A stretch of 64,000 nt of DNA, taken from NCBI RefSeq assembly GCF_006345805.1, contig NC_043002.1, positions 84,940,001-85,004,000 on the forward strand. The letters are read 5' to 3'. The notes under the pieces were generated by a model. The model saw nothing but the letters and a program-made list of their open reading frames with translations. It was not told the DNA's origin and made no database searches. Each line of letters starts with the position of its first letter. Position 1 is the first letter of the stretch. A program made the translations under genes and the position numbers. Of this stretch, positions 56,280 through 64,000 are shown piece after piece. Origin of the DNA: Octopus sinensis (lineage: Eukaryota).

Positions 56280-56284
<5 letters not shown>
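55085..56284 (-). mobile_element. Decayed Tc1-like transposon
   Basis: HTH region then RRKP, FPDEFRF, VMVWG, FMEDGIPCH, SQSPDMNPIEHL. Confidence 0.88.
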
Positions 56285-56322
<38 letters not shown>

Positions 56323-56870
56323 GTCATTATAGATATAGTCATTATAGATATAGGGTGAAATATAATTAATTTAATAAAATCAACAAATTCACCTAGTAGT
56401 ATTTCGGTATGGAAAAGGACCATATTCGGTAAAGATTTATGTAATTATAATAATAGGGGTTTTTTGCAACAAATTGCTTAAACCACATCCCGAAAATTTT
56501 AGAAATAGCAGCCAAAAGACTACTATTTCCTTTTACTACAAAAATAAGTCTCCACAGACAACAATATTTGTAACTCACATATGGCAAAAAAAGAAGAAAA
56601 ATAATGAAATCACACAGTCTTCGGTTAATTATGGGTTAATTATGGACGTACGTTTCTGGATTAGAATCGTAAGACTCATTTCCTTTATCGACATAATATT
56701 CCCTATAAATCTAGAAATGCTAGGAAAACTTACCTCTTATATTTTCGATCAAGCGACATCGAAAAATATAAAAGCCAATCAGCATATCCACATTTATATA
56801 GACAAGTGAATTCTACCACGTGAGTCAGAAAATAGTACTGCCGAAAAAAAGATTCGTAGTTTAGAGAGAG

Positions 56871-56968
<98 letters not shown>

Positions 56969-56973
56969 GTAGG

Positions 56974-57030
<57 letters not shown>

Positions 57031-57129
57031 CGAAAGATATACATATATATATACACATACATATATACATACATACATATGTGCATGTCCGTGTGTGCGT
57101 GAGTAAGTATGTATGTATGTATGTATGTA

Positions 57130-57175
<46 letters not shown>

Positions 57176-57375
57176 ATATATAATATATATATATATATAC
57201 ATATATATATACATATATATACATATATACATATCTATGTGAGTGTGTGTAAGTATGTATGTATATTTCTATCGATATGTAAATACATACATGCATACAT
57301 ATACACATGAGTAAATGTTTAGGCCTGTGTGCATATATATATATGTATGTATGTATGTATATATATATATATATT

Positions 57376-57428
<53 letters not shown>

Positions 57429-57546
57429 ATATGTGTGTGTGTGTGCGCGCGCGCGCGCGCCTATTCTGATTGATAGATGTATAGTTACATACGTACAAGT
57501 ATATGTACGTGTGTTTGTATATGCAAATATAATATGAATACATACA

Positions 57547-57581
<35 letters not shown>

Positions 57582-58014
57582 TAGGTAGGTAGCTTGCTAG
57601 ATAGATAGATAGATACATACATCATGTAAATAAATGGTTTGGTATACGCATATCTATATTATACTTGTTTAGATGTGTGCAATGTTTGTACGTATTTTTC
57701 TCGGTGTATGTATATGCGCGTATGATCGCGTGTGCGCGCGCATGTATTCCGTGTATGTATTCAGAGAATAAGAGAGACTAATATTTAGAACAAAAAGAAC
57801 AAGATTCTAAATTTGTATGGAAATGATAATAATAATGAAAGAAGAATAGAGAATGAATTAATAAACAAGAAGAGGAACGGAAAGAATTGAAAAAGGCAGT
57901 AAAACGGAGAAAGAGAGACAGAGAGAAAGGAAGAGCAAGATAGAAAGTGAGAGGGACAGGGAGAACTCAAAGGATAGGCTAACTTTTCAATGTAGCTATT
58001 GTTCTCATCAATGT

Positions 58015-58682
58015 TATTTCACCGAGGTCGACTTTCCCTTTTATCGTTTCGAGGTCGATAAAAAAAGTACCAGTTATGTATTGGGGTCGATGCAATCGAC
58101 TTACCCACTCCCCGAAATTTCAGGCCTTTTGCCAATGGTAGTTCAAATTCCGCCCTAGGTCGACTTTGCCTTTCATCCTTTTGGGGTGATAAAATAAGCA
58201 TCAGTTGAGCAATGGGGTCGATGTGATCGACTCACCCCAAGCCCGAAATTGCTGGACTTGTGCCAAAGTTTGCGACCGTTATTACTATTATCATTTTTCA
58301 TCATCATAATTATAATTGGTTTCAAACTTTGGCACAAAGTCACTAATTTCAGGCGAGGGATTAAGCTGATTACATCGACCCCAGTGTTTAATTAGTACTT
58401 ATTTTATCCACCCCGAAAGGATTTAAAATAATTTCGACCTCTTCATAATTTGAAAATGAGAATGATAACGGATTCAAATTTTGGTACAAGGCACAAGGCC
58501 GCTAAGCATTTTGTCCGGGACATTGACGGTTCTGCTAACTCTTTGCCAAATTCCTAAGAAGTCGACTTTGCCTCCTATCCTTTCGAAGTTGATAAAATAA
58601 TTAAAATAATTACCAGTGAGCAATGGTGTGAGTGTAATCGACTTCCTCGCCCCTTAAATTTCTTGGCGTTGTGTCAAAATAA
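58015..58682. mobile_element. Cluster of diverged SINE group B fragments in both orientations
   Basis: Repeated gtcgactttgcct.tcatcctt / ggggtcgatg.aatcgact motifs. Confidence 0.75.
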
Positions 58683-58721
58683 GAGATTATTATTTTATTA
58701 TTATTATTATTATTATTATTA

Positions 58722-58799
<78 letters not shown>

Positions 58800-58920
58800 C
58801 TGTATTGTATTTAGGAATGGTCATTTTTGCCAGTTTAGCCAATAAAACACACGCACTATATATTTGGTGTTACTTTGCTTCAGCGTTATTTAGTTTTTAC
58901 ATTAATCTTAATCTTATTTC

Positions 58921-58965
58921 GGCCAGAGTTCTTTCGTCACACTCTTGTGACCGCATCAGTGGTCC
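58921..58965 (-). ncRNA. Degenerate hammerhead-like motif in a Penelope-like repeat (58800-59210)
   Basis: Minus strand ggaCCA-CUGAUGc-gGUCACAagagUGUGAC-GAAA-GAAC-UC-UGG: perfect 6-bp stem II, CCA/UGG stem I and an A9-to-C change. Confidence 0.6.
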
Positions 58966-59217
58966 TTTGCTTTCTTCTATCTTATTTGTGTGTCTCTCCT
59001 TACTAACCGTCAGCCATTTTGTATTTCTATTGCATGTGTCTTCATTTGCGCATGCGTATATCTCTATGTGCATCTATGTTTATTTAGTGTGTGTGTCCGC
59101 GTGGGGGGGGGATGCTTGTAATATTTGTATCTCCTGTTTATATACGTTCGTGTAATTTGTTTTTGTTTTTGTTTATTCTTATTTTGTTCATGTGTTTACA
59201 CCCACTTATTATAATTA

Positions 59218-59287
<70 letters not shown>

Positions 59288-59293
59288 ATTGCC

Positions 59294-59505
59294 AGGTAGC
59301 AGAATCGTTAACACGCCGGGCAAAATGCCTAGCGACATTTCGTCCGTCTTTATGTTCTGCGCTCAAATTCCGACGAGGTCTACTTTGTCTTTAATTCTTT
59401 CGGGATCGATAAATTAAATCTCAGTTGAACGCTGGGGTCGATCTAATCGACTTAACCACCACCACCACCACCTCCGAAATTGCTGGACTTGTGCTATAAT
59501 TTGAA

Positions 59506-59507
<2 letters not shown>
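59294..59507 (+). mobile_element. SINE group B variant
   Basis: gcagaatcgttaacacgccgggcaaaatgc... Confidence 0.8.
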
Positions 59508-59567
<60 letters not shown>

Positions 59568-59569
59568 CA

Positions 59570-59642
<73 letters not shown>

Positions 59643-59761
59643 GTCTCTCTGTGACACCCACCTAACTGTTTGAAATCTTAGGTTTTGGCTTTCTATTGTT
59701 TTTCATTCGACGCCTTCCTGGCAGGTAATGAAACCTTCTTCTTCTTCTTCTTCTTCTTCTT

Positions 59762-59792
<31 letters not shown>

Positions 59793-59864
59793 TTCTTCTT
59801 CTTCTTCTTCTTCTTCTTCTTCTCTTCTTCTTCTCATTATTATTATTATTAATTATTATTATTA

Positions 59865-59907
<43 letters not shown>

Positions 59908-60632
59908 TGATAAGATTTTAATTTCCCGAAGGGGCTATAATTTCCTGAGGATTATATTTTTGTAAAGGGGCGTAACTCACATAAATGGAAAAAATCCGTT
60001 GCCAGCCAAAACTACGTACAACTTTGTCACTGAACTAAAAACAATTGCGCGTGGAAAACAAAATAGCGAACAAACGAAAGTCTTACTTGAGATGCGGGAG
60101 GAAGTTGTAGTGTTGTGACATGATAGGAGAAAAAAAATTGAAGGAGAAAAAACTTTTAAGATACACACATTTGAAAGAAACAAAAAACATGAAATCAACA
60201 AAACTGTAATAGTGTTATCACCGTCGTCGTCATCATCGTCGTCCTTATCGTCGTCATCATCATCATCTTTATCATCATCATTATCATCAACAACATAGAG
60301 CAGCAGGAATGGGAAAATATAACGTATAGTAATATACGTTGAAAACTACGAATGACTCAAAGCGCTCAATCGGGGTTCTCGGAGAGGAGTAAAGGATAAC
60401 AAACATGTTAAAAAGCTTAGGCACTTGTACACGGAGTACAAGTTCTGCTCCGTAATGAGGTAAAGTTTTGCCTCCGAAGAATTCATCTTCTTACTATATG
60501 GCGACTGCTAGATGACCAAAATCATATCACTTTGATGTTCCACCAAGAATGGAGCTGAAAATGCTGGCGGCAGAAGTAGATGAGTATTGATAGCACCAGA
60601 AACAATTTCAGGCCTTCAAGCAGAACTAGTCT

Positions 60633-60765
60633 GTTAAGTTAAGTTAAGTTAAGTTAATTTTTTGGCTCAAAAAGCAAAAAGCAAGGCCATGTAGGGGGAC
60701 ATGGAGTTATGTACAGGGTGGTGTTCATGCAAAGAGTTCAGGCCATTTCTGGTCAAGGGAGATCT
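60633..60765 (-). mobile_element. CR1-type LINE extreme 3' end, related to 9071-9200
   Basis: Shares caaggccatgtagggg...aaagagttcaggccatttctggtcaag; tail (ttaac)n. Confidence 0.85.
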
Positions 60766-60989
60766 CTAGAGATAGAAATGTTACTAATATTTGCAACTAT
60801 GGATAAGATCCCTTCTTTATCTTCTCTGAGGGCGGAGAGCACAAACATCAACGAAAAGAACAATAAACGTGTACCCTGTCCTCAAAACATCACCAGCACC
60901 AGCACCAGCAGTGAACAAAATAAAGTTAATAAGGAGTTTCGAAGTCACCTAAATGAACGAATTACCTGTGCTTCTGGAATAAAGGTAAG

Positions 60990-62400
<1,411 letters not shown>

Positions 62401-64000
62401 CAGAGATATTGGGTTAGCATGACTGGCAATAACTATACATACACTGAGGCTACAACATCTGCAGAGATTTCTAGACAGTGTGCATGTGTGATCGTCTGTT
62501 GCCTGGTAATACTTTCAGAAGTTTGTTTCTTTGGTAGAGTTACAGTGCCGAATCACGTACTTACTCGAAACATTGCGCAGACCCATATCAAGTGCAGACG
62601 CATAGACAACTCTGATTGACTAAGGCCTAAGACATACATTACGCCTACAAAAAAGAACGGATGGTCATGGCTGAAACACTTTTCATCATAGGTCTCTTCT
62701 GAAAGAGTTAATCTAGGTTGAGCGTCTAACATTTTGAATGTTGCCAAGTGCTCAGTTCCCAACCAATCGAGCATGCGGTATCTATTGTGGCCCTTTATGT
62801 TCTATGTTCAAATCTTTGGAGGTCAACTTCACCATTTATCCTCCAAAGGGGATCAAATAATATACCCGTCTCGAACGATTAGCCTGCTGAATTGTTAGTG
62901 TTGGACAAAATACATTGCTATATTTTTTTAACTGTTCTTTAGGTTCTGAGTTTGCTTGTGATGATATTGGTGCTAAGTTGTATCGGTCCATGCCTTTTTC
63001 TGATATAACATCAGTGGCGTGGGGAGAAGAGGTTTGCTGCATGAACACCTAATGTTTATTAAAAATTTTCCACCGGTCAGTACCAAGTGTAGATGTATAG
63101 TCAACTCTGATCGATAGAGGCCTTAGGCACTATGTCTGCAGAAAAAAACGAAGTGGTCATAACTGAAATATCTTTCATCGTAGATCTGTTTTTCAAAAAC
63201 AGACCGGATACAAAAATTGTACCCGGTAGTACCAACGAAGAATTTAGTGGCATTCTTTCTTGAAGAATTCTATTAAGGCCTGTACGCCAGGATTCAGATG
63301 AAACAAATTAGGACCACTAGAAAATTCGTTTGGACTGTTAGCTACTTGACTGATAGGTATATCGGGGCTAACATAATTAAGCGATTACTGCGATTACAAA
63401 AATAATTAAATTAGATAAAATTACTCTTATGGTGAGAAGAACTAGTTATTAGCTTATTGATCACTTTCTGTCAAAAAACTTATGGATAATTTAAATCTAA
63501 ATCAATTAAAAATAAAATACACTGTAGGAATGATTGTCGCACTTGGCAGTATGAAAATACCTGTGGACTCGTTAGACCTTATCAGGAAAGTCTTTATAAG
63601 TTCTAAGCAAAGTAGCTAGTTAAAAAATCTCTATAAGAGTTACTTTATGAGTACTGCCATACTTAAAATGATTTGGAGAGGTGTATAGTTTATTTTCTGA
63701 CACAATAGGTATCACAACAGCAAGAACCTTATCAAGATAAGCTATTCTACTTGTCAGAACTTTGTCGCAGCTTGTATCAGAAGTCACAGCACTAAATTAT
63801 TTATAAGCAATAAGAACTAAAGTTGAAATACCTCTTCCACCCGTAACTGTGTTAACCCTTGTATCACCTACTTGGTGATAACTGTGTGTTTGATTGACAT
63901 TTGTTGTTTATTGGTTTCAAATTTTGGCACAAGTCCAGGCATTTGTTGTTTATTGCGCAAAACGCTCACTTAAGTTTATTTTCCTCGAAGTCCTACATGA

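Overview
This is eukaryotic, AT-rich and extremely microsatellite-dense DNA, apparently intergenic or intronic. The tRNA-derived SINE repertoire and repeat style point to an octopus (coleoid cephalopod) genome; this is inference, not a database match. Almost all ORFs in the track are translations of simple repeats or SINEs, and I recognise no intact, nameable protein-coding gene. The window holds five working SINE groups (labelled A-E here, with shuffled head/core/tail modules), decayed LINE fragments (CR1, RTE, R4/Dong, probable Tx1/L1), nested and decayed Tc1/mariner transposons, three Helitron-type elements and a MITE. The most notable observations are: (1) dispersed minimal type-I hammerhead-ribozyme-like motifs in short Penelope-like repeats; (2) two homologous promoter-like modules in opposite orientation 21 kb apart; (3) a chain of candidate small minus-strand exons at 0.3-16.6 kb, including a duplicated exon; (4) a SINE-mediated 875-bp tandem duplication with a chimeric junction; (5) long fold-back structures. 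Coordinates were read by eye, and repeat edges are approximate.
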